Positions 1-13,273 of a stretch of DNA of 64,000 nt are shown piece after piece (position 1 is the first letter of the stretch; the number at the start of each line of letters is the position of its first letter). This stretch comes from Vicugna vicugna (lineage: Eukaryota): the NCBI GenBank assembly GCA_013265495.1, contig MU058000.1, forward strand, positions 744,001 through 808,000, read 5' to 3'. A program made the position numbers and the translations under genes. The notes beneath the pieces were generated by a model. It ran no database searches, was not told where the DNA came from, and saw only the letters and a list, made by a program, of their open reading frames with translations.

Positions 1-3000
1 CCGGGCCTGTCAAAACCAAAGTCCCAGGAAGCTCCTTCATGTCACCACTGGGGAGGGGCGAGGTTGGTGGAGGTCACGGCTGCTGCGGACAGCACTCTTG
101 GCCCAGGTCCCTCGTGGTCTCAAAGTCATGGGCGTATTTGTCTGATATTGTCTACTAGCAAATGAGGATATCCAGCTTGCAATGCAGATGTGGGGTGAAT
201 CTGAAAAAAAGTCACATTCACACTCCAAAATGTCTAAGACTCTAGCACACAAATGACCAAAAAAAAAAAAAAAGTAACTACTTTGTACATATCATCAGCA
301 GGCACTACTTTTTAATCCAGCAAGGAAAGCTGAACGATTTCCTTGTTAGACTTATTTTATTTATACCCTTCGAAATCTCTCTCCTGGGGATATAAATTCC
401 AGGAAAGAAGTCATCATTATTCAGACATTAAAAATATTTTTACTGTTGAGGTCTCCAAAAGAGCTTGAGTACATTAAACCTGCCTCAGTGCTTTGAATTT
501 CTTTTGTCATCTTTGCAGATCTAAGCTAAGTTGTAAACTGTTTGCTTGAACAGTTTACAAATAAACTGTTTCTAGGACTGAGGGTGTTTAGCTCTTTTCA
601 AATAGGGAAGAAGTTGTCATACGGAAAAAAGGTTGGATTTATCCTTTGTGGATCCAAGGCACGGTGATAATAAGAATTATTATTATTATGCTAGAAGAGC
701 TGACATCTATTAAAAAGGTCTATAATATCAAACAGTTTTCTAAGAGCATTAAATATATTTTGCACTCACCTTCCCATCACCTTGTGAAGTGATTACTGTG
801 ATTGTTCTCATATTGTAGACAAAGAAACTGAAGCTCAGAAAAGTTAAGTGTCTTGTACAAGGTCAAACTGCTGGTAAGTATGGAAGCCAGTGTTCAAACT
901 GGGCAGTTAGTTGCCAAAGGACTAGTGGGTAGATAGTAAACATCACTTGAGCGTGGAAGGGGCTGCCTCTGTAGTGAGCGCATCCTTCAAAACGAGGTGT
1001 TCAGGTAGTGACTGCTGTACTGAGAACTCAAGCTTCACTTGGGACATATATTGGCAAACTACCCCCTCGGGTCCCCAGTGATGCTCAGCGACTCACATTC
1101 CATTCTATTGAGCTGCTCAGAATCAACATACTTTTATTTTCTAGGATTCTATAGTTATATGTTCCACATTTGTCAAGAAGATCATGTGTCATTCAAAAAG
1201 CAGAGGATCAATTTGTCATCACATATGACATTCAGATTTCTGCCTAAAGAAAAGAGGCAGGTTTGTATACCTGTTTTGAAACTGCTTCCCTTTCTTCCTT
1301 CTCAGAAGAAGATGGTAAAATCTGTGTTTGTCATAAGTCCCTGTTCTAAAGCCGAGAAGCCCATCAGTGGGAAGGATGTTACACAGCACCTGTAGCTCGT
1401 CCTGCTCTTAAACAAGCCCCACTTAGAATAGATGTTGAGATTCAAGCATGGCAGTGAGGCCAGAGATGATGCTGGCACTGAAAGCCAGGTGAGATTCCAT
1501 TAGACCAGCCTCTGGGAAGTCACTGTGCCACTTCCAGGGCATGAGTAATCGGCCAGACCCAGTACCCAGGTCCCCTCTGCTGGAAGTGTTAGTCTAAGAA
1601 GCATCTATAAACGTGAGACGTGAAATACTAGGCTCGTTGAAAGACGTGAAATGTTGGCTCCCTTCACCACTTTTTTCCTTCACTTCATTTACTTAAATAT
1701 TAGGCCACAGTTCAAACTCCACAATACACTACGGAGCTTTCAAAACCAAGGAAGTGGGTAGTGTACTAAGTTCATCACCCAGCGTTGAAATAGCTAAGAT
1801 GAGAATCCTGACCAAGTTTCTAAAACAGTGACAGCCACCATATGTTGTTATTCTCAGGGCCAACAGCTAGGATTCTAGACCTCAAGCAAGCTCTTCATGT
1901 CTTCCTTTCTTTCGACTCCCAGTTCTTTGCCAGTTTTGCCAAAGCACAGTTTCTGGGCACCTGGAAGGAAGAAAGGACATGTCTTCTTTTTGGGATCTGA
2001 AGCATTTCAGCTGATGTGACTTCCACAGTGAGGCTGGTGCAAGGAACTGCTGGCAAGTCTAAGTCAGCAATAATGCAGAAGGGAGACCAGGAAGGAGCCG
2101 GACAGGTGGGGCGGGAACACCCTCCAGCAACTAGTGCGCCGTCACAGGGAGCCAGGCAGCTCTTCTGAGTAAACACTTGCTGCCGATTTTAATTACGAGA
2201 GTCAGCGCTAAAAACGGTGTGTCATTCTCTGCTTGAAGACTGACCAGAGACGCTCTCCCAGACACTATCCAAGAGCCAACACTGTGTCGTAATGGAAAGG
2301 ACTGAGATCTGGCCAAAAGGGTTTGGTGGAAAGTCAAAGAATTAAAGATTCTAAGGCTGTTGGGAGAAAACTGAAGAAAAAGCTGCCCTTGGGGTCCAGG
2401 CTTATAGGAAGGCGAGTGAAGCCCAAGGGTCACTGAGCTAAGTTCCATGTGGGAAATGAGACCCAAAGTCTGGCATGTCACCAAGCAGCCAGGAGGACAA
2501 TGCCCCATAACGCCTGACACCTCCTGGTTTATGGGTGAACCTGGCAGTGCTTGCCTCATTCTGTTCTCAATAAACCCCCTGAAGCAGGTAGATGAGTGTG
2601 TATCACTACAGCCATGTTCCAGGTGAAGAAAGCGAGGCTCAACGGTCTTATTTCCCAAAGTCTCATCACTGCCAAATGGGAGAGCAAGGCCTCCAAATGA
2701 GCTCTTCTGACTCCCAGTCCAGTGCTCGTTCCACTACTCTGTGGCTCCAGATCACAGGAAATAACATTAAGAGGAGGGTGGGCTTGGAGAAGGCTCGGTC
2801 AAGGGCCAGAGTCAGCAATGCACGTGCACGACCTGGGTAGAGAGGCACGGAGTGGACACTGGAGGTTTATTTTAAAATGTGGAATGACGGCAGCTCAGTA
2901 ATGGCAGGAAGATAACCAAGGGGAAGGGATGGTGTCAGTTCTTCTAAGGCTGAGGAAATTAGGGCCACGGGTGGGATGGGGGAGCCAGACTACTTTAGGA

Positions 3001-3589
3001 CAAGAAATTATAAGGAGTATAATGTACAGACAGAGAAGGCAGATTGTTTTCTCACCATCAACAAGAGTTTGAAAGATACAGAATGGCTCAGGATGGAATG
3101 AGTGAATGAAGGAAAGCCAGAGCGGGCCGAGGGGCTCTGGCCTTGGACGAATGATGAGCAACAGCGGGGATGAGGGAGACCTTGGGACTAAAGGTGCTGG
3201 GGCTGTAACAGTGACAGGAAAGGAGTAGCTGTGGCAGAAGCTGTGGGACTTTCCCAGAGTTCCTAGTCCTAGTCCCCAGGTTCTAACTGGAATGTATGTG
3301 TAAGGAAGTGAAAACTGCTGTGAGCTTTAGACGAGATGATGCGTATAGAAGTATCTCATGGCTCCTAGCAAACAGCAGGTGCTCCACAGCCTTCGGCTGA
3401 AACTGAAGTGGAGTCATGTGGACCTTGGGAAATTTTCTCCTCACTGTTGACTTTTGTCTTTCAGCCAAACACTTACTGTACATGAACACAGACAACATGT
3501 TTGAGGTGATCTAATGATGAATCAGACATTGACATTGTTTTTACCCTCAAGACACATTGATAGAGACCATAATGTAAGCTGGCGGCGAC

Positions 3590-3960
3590 TATTCACTTGT
3601 TCAGCAAATAATCACTGAGCATTTATTATGTGCCAGACACTTAGTGATGCACCAGGGACAACAGAAAGTCCTCGTGCACAGGGAATTCATGTGGGCATGA
3701 CGGACAATCAACAACAAACAAACATTATCAGGTGGGATTAAGTGCAATGGAAAAATACAAAGCAGGGTAGGGGACAGAATATAGGGCATAGGAGACCTTG
3801 TGTCAGATGGCGTAATCTGGGAAGGCCTCTGTGAGAAGGTGAAACTGAGCAGAGACCTGAATTGAGTGAGGGACTGAGATGTGTGAAGGTCTTGAAGAAC
3901 AGCCTTCTAGAGGGAATAGCAAGAAAAGGCCCTGAGGCAAAGAACAGCAAGTGGGCCAGA
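3590..3960 (-). mobile_element. L2 LINE 3' fragment
   Basis: ATTCACTTGTTCAGCAAATAATCACTGAGCATTTATTATGTGCCAGACAC... resembles the reverse complement of the L2 3' terminus, followed by GAAGGCCTCTGTGAGAAGGTGA..TGAGCAGAGACCTGAA. Confidence 0.7.
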
Positions 3961-4719
3961 TCTGTAAGGATGTGGGATGTGATAAAGGATGTGATACAGT
4001 GGAGCCGCTGTGATAGAGAAGTCACTCCCACCTTGGGGTGCTGGAGTATTTGGGGGAGAAGGACAAGAAATCAAGGCAGGCTTCCTGGAGGCACTGGCAT
4101 CTGAGATGCACCTCGATGAAGGGACCACCTGGACCCAAGGCAAAGAACACTGTCAGCCAAGGCCCAAAGGGAGGGAAGCAATGGATGTGCATGGGGAACA
4201 AAGAAGTGTTCGGTGTGGATGGACGGCACATCTGAGAGAGGGAAGTGGCTGACGATCAGGCAGGAAAGGTAAGTTAAGACCGAAATGCAGAGGGAGAGGG
4301 AAAGAGCGGGAGGGAAGGAAACATGATTTTTGAGCCATCCACCAGGTGTGGGGACAGGTACTTTATATTACTTCACTTAGTTATTATTTATTTCAGTAAA
4401 GAATCACTTCTTTCATTAAACAAAATAAGTATTTCTTTTAGTAAATAGCTCCCAATACACCTTGTCAGCCTCATGTTAAAGATGGTTAAACCCGAGAGTT
4501 AGTCGTGGATGCCGAGTAACAGAGGCAGGGAAGTCCTGGAAGGCGTGTGGACACGGGCAGTCCTGTGCCACCCCGGGATGAACACGGCCTGGACTGCAGT
4601 TCCAGGGCCAGGGACACCAAGGAACGGTACAGATCTCAGACTACAGACTTCTGGGATTAACCGTCTTGTTTATTTTATATAATCAGCCCTCCCTACCCAC
4701 AGATTAGAAGCCAAGGCTC

Positions 4720-4806
4720 ATGATACTGCGCCATTTTACACGAGGGACTTGGATTTTAGTGTCCCCAGGGGCCCCTGGAATCCCTGCAGATACTGAGGGA
4801 CGACTA
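4720..4806 (+). mobile_element. Tigger3/MER2-like DNA transposon terminal fragment
   Basis: ATACTGCGCCATTTTACACGAGGGACTTG...GCAGATACTGAGGGACGACTA resembles the Tigger3 3' end. Confidence 0.6.
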
Positions 4807-5109
4807 TTTCCAAGGTCACGGGCACAACGTTGGGTCTATATTAGGTTGCCAGTACTTGATTAACAGTCCACCCAATTCTAAGTTCAAAAACAAGAAAAGC
4901 ACAGCACCTGCTCCATCGAGTCCTCCTTTCCTTGTGACTCAGGTTATGAATGAGAGACTGGGGCGGGGGGCGGGGGGTATTTCTGACCTGCCCAAAAAAG
5001 GCTGAGCGTTTTCAGCCTGTAAGGCAAAGTATCAAGAAGGTCCTCCAACTTAAGAAAAGCTGGATGTCTTCGTTTTTTAAAAAAAGATAAAATAAAATAA
5101 TATAAAAAT

Positions 5110-5510
5110 AAAATAAACTATGGTGTAACAGTACAATAAAACACTACCCAGCAATAGAAAGGAACGAATTATGGATACACGCAACATGGATGAATCCCCA
5201 AATAATTATGTTGAGAGAAAGAGGCCAAGTTAGAGAACCTAGTGCATGATTCCATTTATACAAAATTCTTAAAAATGCCAACAGATCTGTGCAGGCAGAG
5301 TAGTGAGTGCGTGGGGCAGGAGGTAGGGGAGGACAGTGAGAAAGGGAGGGTTACAAACGGACACCAGGAACTTCGGAGGGTGGCAGATACGTTCATTATC
5401 TTGATTATGGTGATGACTTCACTGACGCAGACATGTGTCAAAGTGCATCAAACTCTTCCCTTTAAATACATTTAGTTTATTGTATGTCTATTAAACTTCA
5501 ATAAAGCTGG
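5110..5510 (+). mobile_element. Old L1 (L1MC/L1ME-like) 3' UTR fragment
   Basis: CAACATGGATGAATCCC..AATTATGTTGAG..AAGAGGCCA, TGCATGATTCCATTTATA, ATCTTGATTATGGTGATG, TTTATTGTATGTCTATTAAACTTCAATAAAGCTG. Confidence 0.75.
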
Positions 5511-7717
5511 GGAGAAAACATAATGGTCTACAGATCTTAAACAGGGCCCCTATAATCAGGGGAGATAAACACTACACATTTCTGCAACTTCTGTGGCACA
5601 GATTGCTTGCGTTCATGAACATTTGTGCTTCCTGGGCATGCAGCGAGGCCCCATTTTCCAGCCTCTCTGGCAGGAAGGTATGGCCAGGCCCTGTGCTCCG
5701 GCCAACAGAATGTGCACCTCCACGTCCCATCTGCCACCTGACTGGAGGAAACTCTGACGACACAGAGTAGCTCGGGTCCCTGAACTCTGGGGCACAGCAC
5801 CCTGTCACCACCCTGCACTCACAGTGGCGTGAATGAGAAATAAACCCGAACTGTGTTGAGCCACTGAAATCACGGAGTTGTTAGAGCAGTTAGGCAGTCT
5901 CCTGGACAAGGACATTACATAGATTATTTAAATATTATTAATAGATACTAGTATATAGTATAAAGTATATTAAATATATATGTATAGCAAAGTATATAAT
6001 TAACATATATATTATATAACACATATTCGTATATTAATTGGTATATTAATATTCCTAATACCATTATTAATATTGGTAGCCAAACAGAGGGCAAATCATT
6101 GAAACCTAGTAAGCCTTAGCTTCCTCCTCTGTGAAAAGGGAAGGCTTCCTTCTGCTTATCTCGCGGGCTATAACAGAGAGTGAATAAAATTATCTCTGTA
6201 TTTGAAAGCTTTTTGAAAACAAGTATGTTTTTCGCCTACAATATAGTTACCTTAACTGCCATTACCCATGTCTCTGTTTGATATCACTGGGCCAAGTTCA
6301 TAGTATTACAACCAGTGGGGACCAGGTGACTTTTGTTCCAAGTCAGAAAGACTCTCAGCTCCAGCAAGTGCCTCATATTTGATATGATCTGAGCAGAAGA
6401 GATCACTGGCATAGCTCGTCTGGTACAAGATGGGAGACGGGTGGGTACGTACACTCAAATATGAATTCACAGATGATGGATTCCTTTTTAAAAGTAAAAA
6501 TACTACCTGCTCTTCTTCACACTAGGGGCTTTATTTATATTCTTTCATTTTAAAAGGTTTTTTTTTTTTCTTCTCAAGATCTGGCCCTGAATTCTACTTC
6601 TGGAGGGTCACAAGGGAAGGAAGTAAGGCAGATATATAGATGAGCCAAAGCATTACTACTGGAAAAGGGGCCTCAAAGTGCGTTGAAGGTCAGCAATTCA
6701 AGAACAGCAATGAGAGCAACTGAGCGTGTATGGCGCACACACGTGCCCATCACAGAACTCCAGTCGCCTCCCAGGATTTTCTTCCAGGCGGTTCTGGGTA
6801 GCACTATCGTACAACTGATAACAAAAAGTCTTGCCGATACCATATTTAAAGCGGGAGAGGTCAGACACCTTCTACGTGTGTCAACTTTTCATTTTGGAAT
6901 TAGTGAACTTAAATCTAAGTTATACCACAGTAACAGACAACTCCAGAATCTCTGTGGCCTATAGTTAGAAAGATTTATCTCCCATTACATCTATCAGGAA
7001 TTAGCTGCAGCTCTGTGCACATCAGGCCGGGACCCAGGCTGAATAAGCAGCCCGTGTCTAGAACGTCAGAAGATCTGAGCATTCGTGGGTGTGGCCCTAG
7101 GAGTTCAGATGCAGGCTCACATGACGTACGGCCACGTATTATAAAGTAGGGACCACGCTAAAAACTGTTGAAGTGTCTTATTCTCTTTGACCAATATATG
7201 TTCATACCAAGCCAGGCCAAATGGAATTGTGATTCTTGGACTCCTTAAAGCTCCATGCAGAAACATCACTGTGCAGGGAAGTGGTCCCTGACCTGAGGCC
7301 TGCTCCCTACTCACTCCCCTCCCCAACCCTGCTCCAGCCTGCACTGTCTTCCCAGCCCCTGCAGCATGGGCTGCACACACCCACAGCATGGGCCACATCT
7401 GGGTGCACAGATCCAGGGAGAGGCCAGGGAGCAGGCCCAAGGCCGTCTAGACAAGGGATTCAGGAGTCCTGGGTACGTGGACTGTGGTCTAGAAGGTGGG
7501 GTGTGGAGACAAGAGAAGCCAGAGGTGAGCCAAAACGAGGTCCAAGCCAGGGTCTGAGGGCAGAAATCTATGCTGGACATGTCACTTCCACCTGCATCTC
7601 ACTGGCCAAAAAGCAAATCACACGGTCAAGCCTGACATGAATAGGGCAGGAATATCATCCTGCTGCAAGGGCCGCCTGCGTCCTGTGCAGGGGCAGGGAA
7701 CGCTCTGACCAGTAACA

Positions 7718-8867
7718 CAGGCCTACCTGGCTTTGCTGCCTTTCACTCTACTGCACTGCACAAGTATATATTTATTTTTTTCTTTTAACAAACTGAAGGT
7801 TTGTGGTGACCCTGCATCTAGCAAATCTATCAGTGCCATTTTCCCAGCAGCATTTGCTCACTTCGTGTCTCTGTGTCACGTCTTGGTAATTCTTGCAACA
7901 CTTCCAGTTTTTTCATCATTATATTTGTCCTGGTGATCTGAGATCAGTGATTGTTGATGTTACTGTTGTAATTGCACAGGTGGTGGAAAAAGCAAAAGAA
8001 CTAGAATTCGAAGTGGAGACTGAGGATGTGACTGAAATCCTGCAGTCTCATGATAGAACTTGAGCGGATGAGGAGCTGCTGCTTACAGATGAGCGAAGAA
8101 AGTGGATTCTTGAGAAGGAAACTATTCTTGGTGAAGGTGCTGTGAAGACTGTTGAAATGACAACAAAGGATTTAGAAAACGACACAAATTTGGTTGGTAA
8201 AGCAGCAGCTGGGTTTGAGAAGACTGACTCCAATTCTGAAAGAAGTTTTACCGTGGGTAAAACGCTGTCCAACAGTATTGCATGCTATAGATAAATGGCT
8301 CATGAAGGGAAGGCTCAATTGATGTAGCAAACTTCATTGTTGTCTTATTTTAAGAAATTGCCACAGCCACCCTAACCTTTAGCAACCACCATCCCGATCA
8401 GTCAACACCGAGGCAAGACCCTCTACCAGAAAAAGATGATAATTCACTGAAGGCTCAGATGATGGTTTGCATTTTTCAGTAATAAAGTTTTTTTTTAATT
8501 GAAGTATAGCTGATTAACAATGTTGTGTTAGTTTCAGAGGTACAGCAAAGTGATTCAGTTTTTTATGCATATATGTGTATACATATTCTTTTTCAGTTTC
8601 TTCTCTATTATGGGTTATTACAAGATATTGAACATAGTTCCCAGTGCTACATAGTAGGTTCTTGTTGTTTATTTTATATAGCAATAAAGTATTTTTAATA
8701 AAGGCATGTATCTTGTTTTTTAGACATAATGCTACTGCACATATAACAGACTACAGTATAGACTACATATACTGGGAAGCCAGAAAATTTGTGCAATTTG
8801 CTTTATCACAATATTCACTTTATTTTAGTGATCTGGAACCAAATCTAAAATATCCGAGGTATGCCTG
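7718..8867 (+). mobile_element. Tigger1 DNA transposon, internally deleted, interrupted by an L1 fragment
   Basis: Terminal inverted repeats CAGGCCTACCT (7718) and AGGTATGCCTG (ends 8867, followed by TA). Decayed transposase C-terminus VVEKAKELEFEVETEDVTEILQSHDRT*ADEELLLTDERRKW...FEKTDSNSERSFTVGKTLSNSIACYR* at about 7980-8294. Confidence 0.88.
8489..8679 (-). mobile_element. L1 3' end inserted into Tigger1
   Basis: Poly(T) followed by AATTGAAGTATAGCTGATTAACAATGTTGTGTTAGTTTC. Flanked by TSD AGTAATAAAGT (8478-8488) / AGCAATAAAGT (8680-8690). Confidence 0.85.
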
Positions 8868-10894
8868 TATCATCTTCTTTCCTTAAGTATTAGTAGTGCA
8901 AATTTAAGGAAGGAGGACAAAAACCCAGGAGTGGAAATCAAGATTAATAGCTCACAACTGGTTGCTTTCTAAATTCATAGTGCTTTGCAGACAGCAGACA
9001 GTGTAAGGGGGAGGTGGGGGGACTGGAGAGAAATATGCCAAAATGGAAAATGCCCCACACTCCCGGCATCCTCTTTGGGAAAAGGACAATTACTTGGCAA
9101 AGGGAAAGCAGTTAAGTCTCCCGGGATACATTCTGGCTCAAACGAATAATGTGTTGCTTGAGGCAACCAATTTGTACAAACAAACCAATCCAGAAGAGGA
9201 GGAGGGGGGAGGCACCTCATGAAAGTAAACCTGGCATTTGCTCCTGACCCCCATCCAGCCCTCCCTCTCACCCCAGCGGCTTCTCTCCCACCTCTTCTCG
9301 GGAAAGCTTTTCTTCCTGATTCTAATTCTGCAGAAAAATGCCACAGACACAAGTGGTTTCATAAAGCACACCTTTCAGTCAGTGAGAACAGAAAGAATAA
9401 AAGAAATTGCCTTTCTGTAAAAGCGGTTTACCAAAGCTAGCCAAGGACATAGAATGGAACTTCTTTTGAGTTCCATTTAGCTGTTTTTCCACAACTTAAA
9501 GAAATTTTCCACCCATAGACTAAGTCCTAGCTCTAAAACATGAAGAATTCTGGAAACTGCATTATGTTGCTCTCATCATAATGACTACTCCTTATTTTAA
9601 TCCAGAAACTTTATGTACCAGGTCTCATTTAACCCTCAGGATCAACCTGCAAGCTCAAACCATTATCATTATTTCCATTCTACAGCTGAGGAAACCAAAG
9701 GTCACTGACGTTAAATAATCTGCCAAATGTCACAGAGCAGGGGAGCAGCACAGCCGGTGTGCGGCTCTGATCTGTCACCCTCGGAAGATTACGGCTTTCC
9801 ATTACACTGTATCGACTTCCTGCAAAGAATAAGCAGCTAGCATTATGCCCGTGAAAAGTCAAACACAAGTACATATTTGAAATATCTGCCCCTCTCAAAG
9901 CAAACAGGAGAGCACTTAACCCCCCAAAACACATCTATCATAAAAGAAAAATTTAAATGCTTCAGTAACATCTTTAATTTTCTAAGTGGAAATTATTTTG
10001 CGTTTGGCTTATTTTTTCTGATATTTAAAGTGATCTGTGATCATTATAATTCAGATCCTATAAAAATGAATGTAGTAAGGAAAGAAAGGCTTCCACCCCA
10101 AGATAACCAGTCTGGAACATCTCCCATCAAACACACTAATATAGAAAAATTATATATAGGCCAATATAGCAAGATGATGATACATTCTACTCTGTAACCT
10201 ACCTTTTTCAATTAACAATGTAATTGGGACACTTTCCATGGCTGCAAAGCATTCCATTTTATTTGACATACAGGTTTTGTTTTGTGTGCTTTTGCTAATG
10301 TAAACAGTGCTGCATTGCACACACAGGCACATGTCTAATTATTTCCTTGAGATAAACTAATTGTTAAAGAGTGGCGTTTAAACTGACACCAATAGCTAGA
10401 ATGCCCTCCAGAAAGGTCTTTCTGCAATCCTTGCATGCAAATTCCCAACTCTACTCCCAACACTGGCTACTTTCAATCACTTAAACTTTACCAAGCTGAC
10501 AGACATCATTGTTTATATGGACAACTGACTATGGGGATTATCATCTTTCCATATTAAGTCTTTGCATTTCTTCTTTTATGAACTATCGTGTTTACTTTTG
10601 CACCGGCATGTAAGCCAATGAGTCCAACAGGATAAACCAGCCCCTTCGTGAATGAGCAAGTCATTCTATGGACAAGCAGGTGAAAAGGCTGAGTGAGGGG
10701 TTCATTAAGCATAATTTTCCTTAGTTTAACTGTGGGAAGTAGGCTTTCTATGGAGTGTCAGATCCAAAGTCCAGTTTACACAGCAAGTGTCACTGCTCGT
10801 GTTGACTCCAGAAAGACCACATAGGACAGGTATGTAACATCAATCTGCCTATCTTGGGCAGGGAAGGGAGGGGACTTCCAAGTTGTTTGCATGG

Positions 10895-11250
10895 TGTCGT
10901 AGGCTGCATTGTATATTCCCCAAATTCGTACTTTGAAGTCCTAATCCTTAGTACCTCAGTATGTGACTGAATTTGGAGTCAGGCCTTTACAGAGGTAGTC
11001 AAGTTAAACTGAGGTCATTAGGGTGGGCCCCAATCAAGTAAGATCATCTTTATAAGAAGAGATCAGAACACAGACACACTCAGAGGGACAATCATGCAGA
11101 GAAACAGGAGAGAGGCTTGAGAAGAAACCAACTCTGCTAATACCTTTATCCTGGACTTCTAGCCTCCAGAGTCATGAGGAAATAAATTTCTGTCATTTAA
11201 GCCACTCAGTTTGTGGTACTTTCTCACAGCAGCCCTAGCGGACTAATACA
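10895..11250 (+). mobile_element. MaLR solo LTR (MLT1A/B-like)
   Basis: TG...CA ends; CCCCAAATTCGTACTTTGAAGTCCTAA, GAGGTCATTAGGGTGGGCCCCAATC, GGACTTCTAGCCTCCAGA, GTGGTACTTTCTCACAGCAGCCCTAGCGGACTAATACA. Confidence 0.85.
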
Positions 11251-11972
11251 CGTAGCATCCCACACAAGACTAAAGAAAAGGCACTTGTCTATTTCAGAGA
11301 AAAATAGCCAACGAGCACCCTTGGTGCTGCCACCGGGAAGGGCTGACATCTTGCTCATGTCTGTAACCCTGGGTACAGCACTCCGCTGTGTTTCCAGATG
11401 CATCACTAGGTGGTGACGTGAATTTGTTCTTGAGGCTCGTGGCAGATGTGAATTCTACCAAAGACAGCTGCCCTGTTACAGCAGTACGATCTGTTTCCTC
11501 ACTTGACCCAAGATAAATTGTGAACTCATTCTCTCTCTTGAAAAGAACGTGAAAAATTAACTCCCATTTTTGAAGAAAGCCTATATTAACATAACATGAA
11601 CAAGGAGCTTTTCTAAGCTCTGAGAGATTTGAGAACAGAAAGGAAGAGGTGGCCCTGAGGTAAAGTCAGGTGGGTGAGAGCAGATCTCTAAGAAGATCTC
11701 AATAAGGTGACAGCTTGCAGCTCACTGCAAAGAGAACGACAAAGACCAGACCTTGCCCCCCACCCCCACCCCCAGTCTTCAGGACCAGGACATATTCGCT
11801 TGCCAGTCAAGAGACTTCCTACGGCCACTTCCCATTAAGGTGTCAAGCTTACTATTAAGGGAGAAAAAATGTTTTCTTGGACCTGAGGGCTCTCATCTCC
11901 ATTGGTTCCACTGCATTTAACTTTCTCATGAGTGAACTGAACCCTCAAGAAAGAGGGGTCACTGTTTCATTC

Positions 11973-12034
11973 AGGAGAAAGAGAGAGAAGGAAGGAAAAG
12001 AGGAAGGAAGGGAGGGAGGGAGGGAGGGAGGGAG
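11973..12034 (+). repeat. 62-bp homopurine tract ending in (GGGA)6
   Basis: Read directly; (GGGA)6 at 12010-12033. Confidence 0.9.
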
Positions 12035-12537
12035 TTAATGATGAACCATTCAGCGAGAAAAAAAATTTTTAAATAACCCATTATACCTGGCCAGTCTCTC
12101 GGGTTTTTAATGATTCACAGAACGGGTGAGGGACAAGGAGTTACAAAGCCTGGCTCTGCTACTGATATTTGTAGACTTTGGTTTTTTCACCCGTAAAATG
12201 GGAGAAAGTCTACTAAATAAGCTTTTAAATTTTTTTCTAACTTTAAAGGTGAAGAATCCAAACCAATCACTATAATTCTGAACCAAATACTAAGACGTCT
12301 ACCTCCAGAGGCTCAGGGCTAATGACCATGCACGCTTGAGAGGGCGCTATGTGCCAGCCACTGTGGTCGGAGCCTTTCATGCCCACTGATATTTTATCGA
12401 GTTCAAGCAAACATCTCGTTACCTGGAAAAAACACAGCTCATAACTCTCTTTGAAGTTCGACTTTGCTGGACATTGCATGGTTTGCACAAAAGTTTTAGT
12501 GAGCAATTTCTAATCTTATTTGAATCAGTGGTATTAC

Positions 12538-13273
12538 CTCTCAGAAAGGCTATCATCAGAAAAAACACAAATAACAAATGTTGGCAAGGATACAGAGAAA
12601 AGGGAACCCTTGTGCACCGTTGGTGGGAATGTAAATTGGTGCAGCCACTGTGAAAAATAGCACAGAGGTTTCTCAAAAAGCTAAAAATAGAACTACCATG
12701 TGACCCAGCAATTCCACTCCTGGGTATAATATCCCAAAAAAACGAAAAACAGTAATGTGAAAAGATACATGCACCCCAATGTTCATAGCAGCATTTTTCA
12801 CAATTGCCAAGATATAGAAGCAACCTAAGTGTCCACCAACAGATGAATGGATAAAGAAGATGTGGTGTGTGTATATAATGGAATACTATTCAATCATAAA
12901 AAAGAATGAAATGTTGCCATTTGCAGCAATATGGATGGACTCGGAGGGCATTATGCTAACTGAAGTAAGTCAGACACAGACAAATAAATACTGTATGATA
13001 TCACTTACATGTGGATTCTGAAAAATACAACAAACTAGTGAACATAACAAAAAGAAGAAGACACACAGATACAGAGAACAAACTAGTGGTTACCACTGTG
13101 GGAGGAGGGGCAATATGGGATGGGGGGTGAAGAGGTGAGAGGTACAAACTATTGGATATAAGATAGGATCAAGGATACGTTGTACAAAATGGGGAAGACA
13201 GCCAATGTTTTGTAATGACTGTAAATGGAGAGTAATCTTTAAAAATCGTATAATTTTTTTAATTTTAAAAATA
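12538..13273 (+). mobile_element. 5'-truncated L1 (ORF2 C-terminus + 3' UTR)
   Basis: Typical L1 motifs (TGTTGGCAAGGATACAGAGAAAAGGGAACCC, CCAGCAATTCCACTCCTGGGTAT, TGCCATTTGCAGCAATATGGATGGAC). 15-bp TSD AATCAGTGGTATTAC (12523-12537) / AATCAATGGTATTAC (13274-13288). Confidence 0.92.

Noticed and set aside
7980..8294. Tigger transposase-like peptide as a domesticated TIGD-type gene
   Set aside because: Only a C-terminal fragment with in-frame stops, in an internally deleted element.
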